Assembly: GCA_944371605.1 (NCBI GenBank)
Contig: CALVXU010000009.1
Span: forward strand, 56,866 to 120,865
DNA length: 64,000 nt
Source: an uncultured Bacilli bacterium
GTDB taxonomy: Bacteria; Bacillota_I; Bacilli_A; RFN20; CAG-288
Reading direction: 5' to 3'
A model generated the notes under the pieces. The model was given only the letters and a program-made list of their open reading frames with translations, was not told the origin of the DNA and searched no databases. Position numbers and translations under genes: made by a program. Of the stretch, positions 48,712 to 57,955 are shown piece after piece; within the stretch, counting starts at the first letter, position 1; every line of letters begins with the position of its first letter.

Positions 48712-51700
48712 TTATTTCTGTTCAGAAATCTTTTGTTCGACAAACTCTTCGACTATCGTCTTCTTTTTCTTTTCTTCATAAACATCAACGCTTGAATGTT
48801 TGCGTCTGTCATTATGGTTAGCGACTAAGATCAAGTCGACATAGCTGACTAACTCAGCCAACTTTTCACTAGGTGAAGAGATGATAGCCTGTAGTCCAAA
48901 GCTTCTCAAAAGATTAGCCGATTCCTTGATTCTCGCAGCATCCATTTTTGAGAAAGCTTCATCGAAGATGACTAATCTCAAAGTATTGTTATCTTTACTG
49001 TTCTTGGCGCGACATAAAGCAGAGAAAGAAGCTAAAATAGCGATATAGAAAGGAGTCTGAGTCTCACCACCTGATTGGGACCTGAATGAGCGGCCTAAAG
49101 AGATCGGTTGAGCGACGCTGTCTGTTCCACGATAAACGAAGAGATCGAAGACGATATATGTGGTATATCTGGTGAAAGTATCGATATTTTTTGTGATCTG
49201 TTCTAATTGTTCACCAGATGCGCTCGTCGAGGAAGAGATGAGATTGAAAAGATCATCCATAGTGGTGCGATATTTTTCCATGAATAAGCTCTCAGCATCA
49301 CCGGCTTTTAAAAGCAAAGGATCCATGATCATATTGTAATATTCGAGGTAATCCTTAGAGGGTGAGACTTTAAATTGGTAGGTGTCACGTCCGAAATGCG
49401 AATCCACTAAAGCTTGATTCAACTCTTCGATCTGTTGATAGACAGTTTCGATAGATGTGCGAAGCTTATAAACAAAGTCATCTTTGAACTCTTTGATGGA
49501 ATCATCATGCGCCTTCTTGATCTTTTCTTCATAATCCGGAAGCATGACAGTAGAAATATTTTTTAATTCTGCATCGAATTCATCGTTGGTATCTAAATTA
49601 GTAGTAGCATAGCCAAGCTTATTGGCAGCGCAATAATCCGAACGTAAGCGGATGAGATTTTCTCTCTCATATTTTTGCTTATTTGATGTTTGAATATATT
49701 CTTTGGTCGCTTCGTTTCTGATTTGAGCCAAAGACATCTGTTGTTGATCGATGAGCATATTGAAATATGGTTCATAATCACGATTAGAAAGTTCGGGATC
49801 AAAGTTGTTTAACGATGCCTTGAAACTTTCTAAAGAAGAAGTCGCTAACGGAATTTCTTCACCGTTTAAGCGATTGACTTCATTGAGTAAAGATCCTCTC
49901 TCAGTCAATAAGTCAGCACGTTCTTTTTCTATCGAAGCGATATCTTCTTTGATAGCGGAAATCTTTTTATCGAGCTCATTCATATCTCCGAGAGCAGCAT
50001 CATGCATCTGAGAATCGACATTTGAAAGATCGTTTTGAAGATTTTTGATTTCACCAGTCTTGTCGATATCAGCCTGATAGCTTTGGCATTCAGCCTCTGA
50101 CATCACCGGTAAAGCTAAAAGATTTTGAAGTTTGTTTAAAGCTTCGGTGAAAAGATTATATTTAGCCTGCATATCTTGATAATCTTTTGCAGAGATAGCT
50201 TTGGTAGAAGAAGATACTTGAGTCCCGAGATAAAACACTCTCGCATGCGCTTTATTCAAATACCAAGTAGCATATCCGCGGTAACCAGTACAATCAGATA
50301 AAAGACCTGAGCCAGAAGCTCGAGCTTCTTCGAATGAATGACATTTTTTGATTCTTCCTAATAAATAGTCAGTATAGGCTCTAGCACCAGGGTCATTTGT
50401 ATTGATGAGCTTAGCGATAGAATCCTCATTAGCTGTGATATGATTGGCTAAAAGACGATCGCTATCGACTAACGAGACATGATAATAATTATATTCGTCA
50501 GCGAGCTCCTTTAAGAGACGATTAGCTTCTTCATAGTATTTAGGATTGACAAAGAAATTGAATTTTTGATTGAAGAGAACAGCTTCTAAAGCTAAAGTCC
50601 ATTCAGGATCATTGACATCTACGAGATCACAATAAATGTTGACATATGCATCACCATGACGGTCTTTTAAAGCTCTTTCTAAAGATGATTTGATCGCCAT
50701 ATAATTAGGCCCTAATTTATCAAATGGTTTTCTGCCAGAGTTGACAGCTGATAAATCGGATTGCAACTGTTGCAAATCTTCTGATATGACATAGAGTTCA
50801 TTATTCAATTGTTGTCTTAAAGAAATGGCCTGATTCTTCAATAGATCCATGTCATTTCTAAAGACTTTAACAGCTTCAAAATCCACGCTGTCATCGTCGA
50901 TACTCTGAATGAGAGAAGAAGCCTCACTGCTGATATCTTGGCAAAGTTCTAATAACTCATCAAAAGAATTCTTGATGTTTTTACCCAAACGAGAGCTATC
51001 GAATTGCGAATAATAATTGTAGAAACTTTGGCAAGTCGATTGATAATCATGGACGTAATTGTTGAGCTTAGTCATGACTTGAGAAGCAGACATTTGAATA
51101 GAAGTTATTTTAGAAGTTATGGTGTCTTTTTTCATCGAGAGTCGTTCAGTCAAAGAGTAATTCTTAGATTGGACTTTTTTAGCATTATAAGATTCTAAAT
51201 CTGCGTTTAATTCAGCGATTTGTGAATCGAAAACTCTCAATTGATTAGAGATATAAGATAAACGATCATTGTCTTTCTTTAACTTATCGACAAAACCATC
51301 TAATCTCTTCTTCGCTTCTTCATAACTCACACGAGTGTTGACATAATTTAAAGTGTTTAAATATCGTTGATGTGTTTGATAAGAAGTGAAGACTTCTGAT
51401 ATCTTATTCAAACTTTCAACCTTGTTTCTCAACCTCTTGGCTTCTAATTCTAAAATTTTATATTGCTCGATGTTTTTCTGCATCGGTTCGATATTGATCT
51501 TTTTATCAACATCACAAATATATTCAGTGATGAAAGAAGAAATATCAGAAATCGGAGCAAAAGACACCGCCTTTTTGAAAAGTTCAAAGTATTTATCAGG
51601 CAGATTGCCATAAGCTTCTTTAATGAAGCCTTTATAATCGGTATCAGTGTCAAAGAAACGATATTGGGAAGGCTTAAAATTAGCTCTCACATAGCTTGAT

Positions 51701-52182
51701 AGCTCTTTATATTGAAGCGGTTTGATGCGATTGGAATCTTTTTCCATCTCTGAATTAGTGAAATTATTATCTAAGAAAGGTGTAGATAAATAAAAATAAT
51801 GTTTATCAATCTGATCTGAGCTATCGACATCAAAAACCACGCCTAAAGTGAAGGTCTTATTTTCGACATCATCATATATTTCAATCGCGATATAAGAAGT
51901 GAAATTACCTTTTCTTAAGTTGATCACTTGGCCGTCACCAGTCACACCTGTTTGACCTCTTAAATAGGAGATCAAAGTACGACCTGAACGAGCTTTTTCA
52001 TTGGCGGCTTTATTGAAATTTTCAGGTCTAGTCGATCCTAAAATCAAAATTTGTAACGCATCGATAATCGTCGATTTACCTGTACCGTTTGGACCGGTCA
52101 AGTAAGTGATATTTTTGATATCACATGTGGTATTTGTGAAATAATGCCAGTTGATCAAGCGAAGTTTAACAAGATTTTTCAT
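48712..52182 (-). CDS. jetC: SMC-family ATPase, JetC/MksB type
   Basis: LINWHYF, Walker A GPNGTGKST, long coiled coils, SGGETQ signature, LVIFDEAFSKMD Walker B/D-loop. Confidence 0.85.
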   Translation of the reverse strand: MKNLVKLRLINWHYFTNTTCDIKNITYLTGPNGTGKSTIIDALQILILGSTRPENFNKAANEKARSGRTLISYLRGQTGVTGDGQVINLRKGNFTSYIAIEIYDDVENKTFTLGVVFDVDSSDQIDKHYFYLSTPFLDNNFTNSEMEKDSNRIKPLQYKELSSYVRANFKPSQYRFFDTDTDYKGFIKEAYGNLPDKYFELFKKAVSFAPISDISSFITEYICDVDKKINIEPMQKNIEQYKILELEAKRLRNKVESLNKISEVFTSYQTHQRYLNTLNYVNTRVSYEEAKKRLDGFVDKLKKDNDRLSYISNQLRVFDSQIAELNADLESYNAKKVQSKNYSLTERLSMKKDTITSKITSIQMSASQVMTKLNNYVHDYQSTCQSFYNYYSQFDSSRLGKNIKNSFDELLELCQDISSEASSLIQSIDDDSVDFEAVKVFRNDMDLLKNQAISLRQQLNNELYVISEDLQQLQSDLSAVNSGRKPFDKLGPNYMAIKSSLERALKDRHGDAYVNIYCDLVDVNDPEWTLALEAVLFNQKFNFFVNPKYYEEANRLLKELADEYNYYHVSLVDSDRLLANHITANEDSIAKLINTNDPGARAYTDYLLGRIKKCHSFEEARASGSGLLSDCTGYRGYATWYLNKAHARVFYLGTQVSSSTKAISAKDYQDMQAKYNLFTEALNKLQNLLALPVMSEAECQSYQADIDKTGEIKNLQNDLSNVDSQMHDAALGDMNELDKKISAIKEDIASIEKERADLLTERGSLLNEVNRLNGEEIPLATSSLESFKASLNNFDPELSNRDYEPYFNMLIDQQQMSLAQIRNEATKEYIQTSNKQKYERENLIRLRSDYCAANKLGYATTNLDTNDEFDAELKNISTVMLPDYEEKIKKAHDDSIKEFKDDFVYKLRTSIETVYQQIEELNQALVDSHFGRDTYQFKVSPSKDYLEYYNMIMDPLLLKAGDAESLFMEKYRTTMDDLFNLISSSTSASGEQLEQITKNIDTFTRYTTYIVFDLFVYRGTDSVAQPISLGRSFRSQSGGETQTPFYIAILASFSALCRAKNSKDNNTLRLVIFDEAFSKMDAARIKESANLLRSFGLQAIISSPSEKLAELVSYVDLILVANHNDRRKHSSVDVYEEKKKKTIVEEFVEQKISEQK

Positions 52183-52184
52183 AT

Positions 52185-52940
52185 TTATTTATCTCCATCA
52201 TTGAAGTCGACAGGAATATCAACTCCCATCTTGGTTTCCACAGGAGTAGCGACGTCATTAAAATCGCTTTTAGTCTCCTCTTCTTTCGGAGCACTAAAAG
52301 TGTTGAAGAGCATCGAAGAATTGCTCTCTTCAGGTTTTTGTGTGAGGAAGGAATATAAATCATTCATTTTTTCAGTGGAGATGACATAACGAATGGTGGG
52401 GAGAATATAGAATTTATATGAAGGATCACCATAAGTATTGCTGTATCTAGTGATGATGTTAAAAGAGTCTAAAGTTCTTAAAGAAGAAGCGATAGTCGCT
52501 AAAGAAAGGCGTTTGGAAATATTAGATAATCCGCTTTCTTGTAACAGAGACATCAAACTGCTCGAGCTCATCAAGACATTTCTTTCTTGAGGATCCTTAC
52601 TGATAGCTGATTCATAGAATGAACGAAGCGCATAGACTAATAAAGTGGTGACGATATCTAAACGAAGATGATTCATCTCGATGTCTGATACGATAAAAAT
52701 GACACCGTCATCATCGTCTTTAGTCAAAGTCACATCGATAAAAGCAAGATATTCTTCGATCAAAGAGAAATGTCTTTCGATGAATAAATACGTCGGATCT
52801 GCTTTGAACATCTGGCTTTTTCGATCATAAGCTTTCCTCAAAATAAACTCTTTATAAAGGAGTTCATTGATGGCTTCAGAAAATTGATTTTTTTCTCCAC
52901 GAGTCAATTTATCATATTCTTCTTGAAACATCTTTATCAC
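52185..52940 (-). CDS. jetB: JetB/MksE-like (DUF4194-like) KITE subunit
   Basis: Position directly upstream of SMC; GVIFI, TTLLVYALRSFYE, ILPTIRYVI resemble DUF4194 proteins. Confidence 0.7.
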   Translation of the reverse strand: MIKMFQEEYDKLTRGEKNQFSEAINELLYKEFILRKAYDRKSQMFKADPTYLFIERHFSLIEEYLAFIDVTLTKDDDDGVIFIVSDIEMNHLRLDIVTTLLVYALRSFYESAISKDPQERNVLMSSSSLMSLLQESGLSNISKRLSLATIASSLRTLDSFNIITRYSNTYGDPSYKFYILPTIRYVISTEKMNDLYSFLTQKPEESNSSMLFNTFSAPKEEETKSDFNDVATPVETKMGVDIPVDFNDGDK

Positions 52941-54409
52941 CTCTTATTATTCTTTTTTCTTGTAAATCTATATAACGGCATATAGTAATTAGCATATTCA
53001 ATACGATCAGAAATTTTAGTCGCTTCATATGGGATGACACCTAAATTAGCCTTGATGACTGCTAGAATCCATAAGACTAAGTTATCTAACACTGTTAAAT
53101 CGACATCGGTGTTGACTAATTCATCCTTTCCTTCCATATGAGATGATAAGAAATCTAAGATGGCTGAATCAGAAAAACGCGTCAATTGCCTGTTCATAAA
53201 TTCATCCATCAAAGCGCTCTGCTCTTCAGGATAGAATTCATCATCCAAAGGTAAAAACTCTCCTTCTTCAACTTGATTTCTTTTGAAAGGCATCGTCAAA
53301 GACTGCGAATCGAAAAAGCCTTGTCTATTCAATATCAATGTCTCATGGGCGCGATTCAATATCGGCATTTCCTCATATCTTAAAGCGGGATTGTTTTTGA
53401 TTTCATTAGCCATCGACAAAATGATGGCATCGATTTTACCTTTAGTCGTCTTATCAGAGGCTGACAAATAATTTATCTTTCTCTGAACAGCTTCAGTATA
53501 ATTAGCATTAGCGACATCGATATCATTAAAAGCGGTTGTAAGACGTGAAAAAATATCGATGATTTCTTGAATGATTTTGATGATTTCACTAGCTAGAGTC
53601 GCTTCTTCTTTCTTTTGATTCATCGGTTCAGCTTTCGCCTCTTTGACAAGAAGTGAAATGATTCTCTCGCTTTTTAACCAGCGGTTGAGTATGGTGATGG
53701 TCGGCAAAGAATAAAGGCCTAACGAATCGAAAGTCTTCATCGGATGATAATACTTATCAGATATCGAGAGACGATATTCATCGAAGTGCTGTTTTAAAGC
53801 GACATTCGGATCTAAGACTGAAGTCAAGCGATTGCCAAAAACACAGATCTGTTGTCTGAGCAAGGTGACTGACATCTCGATAGTATCTGCATTAGTCCTA
53901 GCATTCATAAGAGAGCGGTACATATAATCGTCTTCTTTTTCATCTTCCATCTTCAACTCAGCATATGTTTGATGAACTAAAGGTAAATAAGAGCCGACAT
54001 CCGAGGTGATTTCATCTATAATCTTTAATAATTGAATGGAATAAGCAGGGATATAAATATATTCAACATTATTCTTTTTAGGATCTTTAGAGATGATGAA
54101 CCAACCGCAACTAGCTAATTTTCTGATGATATAAGAGACTTTTTGATTTAATTCAGTATCCGAATCATCGACAGCGACTTCTTCGCTTTCATCTTTATCA
54201 TCCAACTTATCAGTTTCGATATTAAAAAGAGCCATCAGCTCTTCGCCTTGACTCCGTAAAAGAGAAGCAAAATCGCTTCTTTTGATATCCGTTTTATATA
54301 ATTTTATGCAGTGATATAAACACACTAAAGCAAATGCATAAATCGCTTTATATTTTCTAGCGAGCGGAGAGAAGAGCTCCCCTGGAATTCTATCAAATAA
54401 TCTAGCCAA
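52937..54409 (-). CDS. jetA: JetA/MksF-like (DUF5716-like) kleisin subunit
   Basis: LFDRIPGELFSPLA N-terminus, IRKLASCGWF winged helix; first gene of 3-gene operon, TTG start with GAAAGG. Confidence 0.65.
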   Translation of the reverse strand: MARLFDRIPGELFSPLARKYKAIYAFALVCLYHCIKLYKTDIKRSDFASLLRSQGEELMALFNIETDKLDDKDESEEVAVDDSDTELNQKVSYIIRKLASCGWFIISKDPKKNNVEYIYIPAYSIQLLKIIDEITSDVGSYLPLVHQTYAELKMEDEKEDDYMYRSLMNARTNADTIEMSVTLLRQQICVFGNRLTSVLDPNVALKQHFDEYRLSISDKYYHPMKTFDSLGLYSLPTITILNRWLKSERIISLLVKEAKAEPMNQKKEEATLASEIIKIIQEIIDIFSRLTTAFNDIDVANANYTEAVQRKINYLSASDKTTKGKIDAIILSMANEIKNNPALRYEEMPILNRAHETLILNRQGFFDSQSLTMPFKRNQVEEGEFLPLDDEFYPEEQSALMDEFMNRQLTRFSDSAILDFLSSHMEGKDELVNTDVDLTVLDNLVLWILAVIKANLGVIPYEATKISDRIEYANYYMPLYRFTRKKNNKR

Positions 54410-54641
54410 GATATTATTAACCTTTCACATAACTACCGAATAAAATTATAACTTGCTATTTTTTTTAATACAATAATAAATAAAATAATTTATTCATCAA
54501 TAGCAATTCTTTTTTAAGAAACAACTTTATTTTGAAAGTTGAGTAGGCATCTCATCAGCAGCATTTTCACCCATTTTTTTAAAAAAAGTGAGACCTCCGA
54601 ACTCTTTTTTTCTTATTTTTTACCTAAAAAATGATTTCAAG

Positions 54642-54650
54642 TGATATAAT
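54642..54650 (+). promoter_or_regulatory. extended -10 promoter, leaderless geometry
   Basis: TG-A-TATAAT, 7 nt, then ATG at 54658; no SD. Confidence 0.65.
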
Positions 54651-54657
54651 CGCATAG

Positions 54658-55566
54658 ATGAAAAGCTTACCTAAAACTGAATGTAAACCGAAAAAAGACC
54701 GTATCTTAGAGGTTGACTTGTTGAGAGGATTCCCGATTTTTTTAGTAGTCCTCTTCCACCTATGTTATGACTTCACTGAAATCCCTTATATCTTTTCAAA
54801 TTTTCAAACTAATATAGTCAATTACCCTCAATTATCAGCTTTGATCGAATTCTGTGGCTCTATCATGGATAACGATATCATCCACGATTATCTAGTACCT
54901 CTCTTTGGAGGAATGTTTCTTTTTGCCTGTGGGATATCGACCAGTTTGACAAGGAGTAATGTCCGAAGAAGTCTATTGCTTTGTCTTGTCGCTTCTTTGA
55001 TTTCATTGGGAAGCTGGGGGTTATCTTATCTTCTGCATATGGATTTATTCATCGCATGGGGTGTGATTCATATCATGGCCTTTTCGATTCTTGTCTATGC
55101 GCTTTTAGAACTATTTGCTAGAAAGATTTTCAAAAAAGAAGTTCATCCGTTGATTCCATTAGCTATCGGTGTGCTGATTCTTTTCACTGGCCTATTGCTC
55201 AGACAAGGAATCGAAATCGATAATCATTTGATATATTGGCCTTCTTCTTCAGCGTATCTCGGAAATGATTTATCTCATGCTTTCACCTTTCAAGACTTCG
55301 TCTATTCAGCTTTGGGAAAATCATTAAATTATGTCGATTGGTGGCCGATCTTTCCTTTTTCAGGAGTGATTTTTATCGGCATCTCTATTGGACAAATACT
55401 ATTTAGAGAACATAAATATTCATATATGAAAAAAGGCAGATACCAGCTGATATTAAAGCCCATCGGTTTTATAGGCTCTCACACCATTTGGATTTATGTC
55501 TTCCATCAGCCTTTGATCATCATCATTTTAGGAATCATATTTTTATCATTAGGATTTACGCTATGA
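54658..55566 (+). CDS. DUF1624/HGSNAT-like membrane acyltransferase domain protein
   Basis: RILEVDLLRG, VLFHLCYD, WGVIH, DWWPIFPF, IYVFHQP. Confidence 0.85.
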   Translation: MKSLPKTECKPKKDRILEVDLLRGFPIFLVVLFHLCYDFTEIPYIFSNFQTNIVNYPQLSALIEFCGSIMDNDIIHDYLVPLFGGMFLFACGISTSLTRSNVRRSLLLCLVASLISLGSWGLSYLLHMDLFIAWGVIHIMAFSILVYALLELFARKIFKKEVHPLIPLAIGVLILFTGLLLRQGIEIDNHLIYWPSSSAYLGNDLSHAFTFQDFVYSALGKSLNYVDWWPIFPFSGVIFIGISIGQILFREHKYSYMKKGRYQLILKPIGFIGSHTIWIYVFHQPLIIIILGIIFLSLGFTL

Positions 55567-57149
55567 GAGAAACAAGCACTTTATATCAAGCTGTCGCACG
55601 TTATAAGAATAGTCATTCGGTCGCTCTCTACTTTCGAAACAAAAGCATTCGTTTCCCTGAATTCATCAACCGCGTCGACAAAATGGCTAGTATTTTACAG
55701 TCATTAGGAATTGAGAAAGACACTGTGGTGACTCTTTTAGCTCCTAATGTTCCAGAAACTATCATCACTCTTTATGCCCTCTCCAAAATCGGAGCTATCT
55801 CTTCGATTTTGCACCCGCTTTTACCAAGTGAAGTCCTCTATGAATCAATCGTTGAGACTAAGGCCACTTATTTTATTGTCTTAGATGTTCTAGCTGAAAA
55901 ATATCTCGACATCGTCAAAAGAACTAATATTAGAACTTATTACATAAGCGCCTTGCAAGATTTAAATCCGATCACTCGCATCGGTTTTCATTTGATGTAT
56001 AAAAAGGAATTATCTTTGATAGATAAACACCATTATTTATATAAAATGGATTCCGATGAAGAAGTCATCACCAGTGATGACGCTTTAAAACCGAGTCTCT
56101 ACTTGAGATCAGGTGGAACTACTGGAAAAAGTAAGACAGTCGTCATCAATGATGAGGCCATCAACTTTGTCACTCGTCAATCAAAAGAGATTTTATGTCA
56201 CGAAACAACTGGTTTTTCTATGATTGGACTCATGCCGATTTTTCATGGCTTCGGCTTAGCAATGGGTATACATGCACCGCTGTCTAATAATGCAGCAAGC
56301 GCTTTGATGATCTCATATGATGGGAGTGAAATAGTCAAAAAGATCAAGCAGAACAAAATCAATGTTTTGTTGACTATCCCATATTTGACAGACAAACTGT
56401 TGGCTAGAAAAGATTTTTCCGGTAAAAAATTACAAAATTTGATCGCGACTTATATCGGAGCTGATAAGCCTGAAAAGCGTTTATTTTCAGAATTCGACAA
56501 CCGCATGAAAGAAGCATCTTCTATCAATAGGTTATTAGAAGGTTATGGTCTTACAGAAACTGCCACCGTTAATTTTGTCAACACATTAAAAGAAAATAAA
56601 ACCGGTTCTGTAGGTAAACCTCTCAAAGGAGTAAGAGTAAAAATCGTCAATCCTGAAGTCTCTTTTGAAGAAGAGTTAAGGCCGAATCAAATAGGTGAAA
56701 TATTGATCTCTTCTCCATCTCTTTGCCTCGGTTATTTAAATGTTGAAGAGGATAAGCAACCTTTTTATTATGACCGACAAAATATTAAATGGCTGAAAAC
56801 TGGTGATATCGGTTACCTCGATGAAGATGGCTTTTTATTCTTTATCAATCGCGCAAAAGATGTGTATAAAATCGCTGGATATAATATCTTCCCAGCCGAC
56901 ATAGAAAAACTAGCTGGTGAAGTTGAAGGTGTTAAATCCTGCGCAGCCATCTATCATAAAGATGAAAAGCATCCGTATTTTACACTTTATGTCGAGAGTG
57001 ATGTTCAAGATAAAAATGATCTCATTTTAAAAATACAAGACTATTTAAAAAAGCATCTCATCAAATATTCAATACCCGAAAAAATCATCATTTCAAAAGC
57101 TTTACCAAGAACTGACATCGGTAAAATTGACCGAAAAAAGCTCATCTAG
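55563..57149 (+). CDS. AMP-binding acyl-CoA synthetase
   Basis: SGGTTGKSK, EGYGLTET, WLKTGDIG, PRTDIGKID; ATGA overlap with previous gene. Confidence 0.92.
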   Translation: MRETSTLYQAVARYKNSHSVALYFRNKSIRFPEFINRVDKMASILQSLGIEKDTVVTLLAPNVPETIITLYALSKIGAISSILHPLLPSEVLYESIVETKATYFIVLDVLAEKYLDIVKRTNIRTYYISALQDLNPITRIGFHLMYKKELSLIDKHHYLYKMDSDEEVITSDDALKPSLYLRSGGTTGKSKTVVINDEAINFVTRQSKEILCHETTGFSMIGLMPIFHGFGLAMGIHAPLSNNAASALMISYDGSEIVKKIKQNKINVLLTIPYLTDKLLARKDFSGKKLQNLIATYIGADKPEKRLFSEFDNRMKEASSINRLLEGYGLTETATVNFVNTLKENKTGSVGKPLKGVRVKIVNPEVSFEEELRPNQIGEILISSPSLCLGYLNVEEDKQPFYYDRQNIKWLKTGDIGYLDEDGFLFFINRAKDVYKIAGYNIFPADIEKLAGEVEGVKSCAAIYHKDEKHPYFTLYVESDVQDKNDLILKIQDYLKKHLIKYSIPEKIIISKALPRTDIGKIDRKKLI

Positions 57150-57955
57150 GCTTTTATCTTCGGTAAATACAAAACACGATTTAGTTTTTTGTCTGAATAT
57201 CCATTCAAACTCTTGACTAATTCAACATCCTTTTCCTTTAAATTTTTAAGTTCAGCTTCGATAGCATCATGACAATACTCAGCTATTTCTTGAGATGTCA
57301 TATTCTCATATTCAGAAGGATATAATGGCTTTAAGAAACTGATCTGAACCGGATACTGTTTATAATGATATTTTTGATATAAGATACGATCAGTCATGAA
57401 AAGAGCGACCGGAACGATGGGAAGGTCTCTTCTAGTGGCTATCTTAAAAGAACCGGGATGGAAAGAGCCGAGGGTGAAATCAGGTCTTTTGCTCCTCGTC
57501 CCTTCAGGAAAGACAACAAAAGAAAGATCAGGATGAGTTTCTAACTCCTTATTTATTTCTTGAAAAACTTTAATCTCACTTCTTAAATCCATTCGATCGA
57601 TGAATTTACTTCCAATCATCTTAGCCAATGTTTTAACGACGATCATATCAGCGACATCTTCTTTAGCTAAAAAAGCGATCGGTTTGTCCATGATGTTCAT
57701 GAAGGTGATCGGATCACCATTAGAGGTATGATTCGCATAAAAAACGCATTGCCCGTCAGGAATGTTCTCTTTATAATTGATAAAAAAACGCGAATGAAAT
57801 GAGACCTCATTGATCCTTTTTAACAAACCGCTCGCTGCTTCATAACGAGTTTTTAAATCATATTTTTCAGGGTGCTTAGCAATTTTAAGGATTTTAGGAT
57901 AGCGATGGATTAAAGTCGGAATAGCTTTTAAAACATACTTGATATACTTGATCAT
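57146..57955 (-). CDS. plsC: 1-acyl-sn-glycerol-3-phosphate acyltransferase
   Basis: NHTSNGD, FLAKE, FPEGTRS, IVPV. Confidence 0.9.
   Translation of the reverse strand: MIKYIKYVLKAIPTLIHRYPKILKIAKHPEKYDLKTRYEAASGLLKRINEVSFHSRFFINYKENIPDGQCVFYANHTSNGDPITFMNIMDKPIAFLAKEDVADMIVVKTLAKMIGSKFIDRMDLRSEIKVFQEINKELETHPDLSFVVFPEGTRSKRPDFTLGSFHPGSFKIATRRDLPIVPVALFMTDRILYQKYHYKQYPVQISFLKPLYPSEYENMTSQEIAEYCHDAIEAELKNLKEKDVELVKSLNGYSDKKLNRVLYLPKIKA

Noticed and set aside
54525-54572. 15-codon ORF (MGENAADEMPTQLSK) upstream of jetA, considered as leader peptide or jetD remnant
   Set aside because: The GGAGG is too far upstream and there is no resemblance to Toprim motifs.
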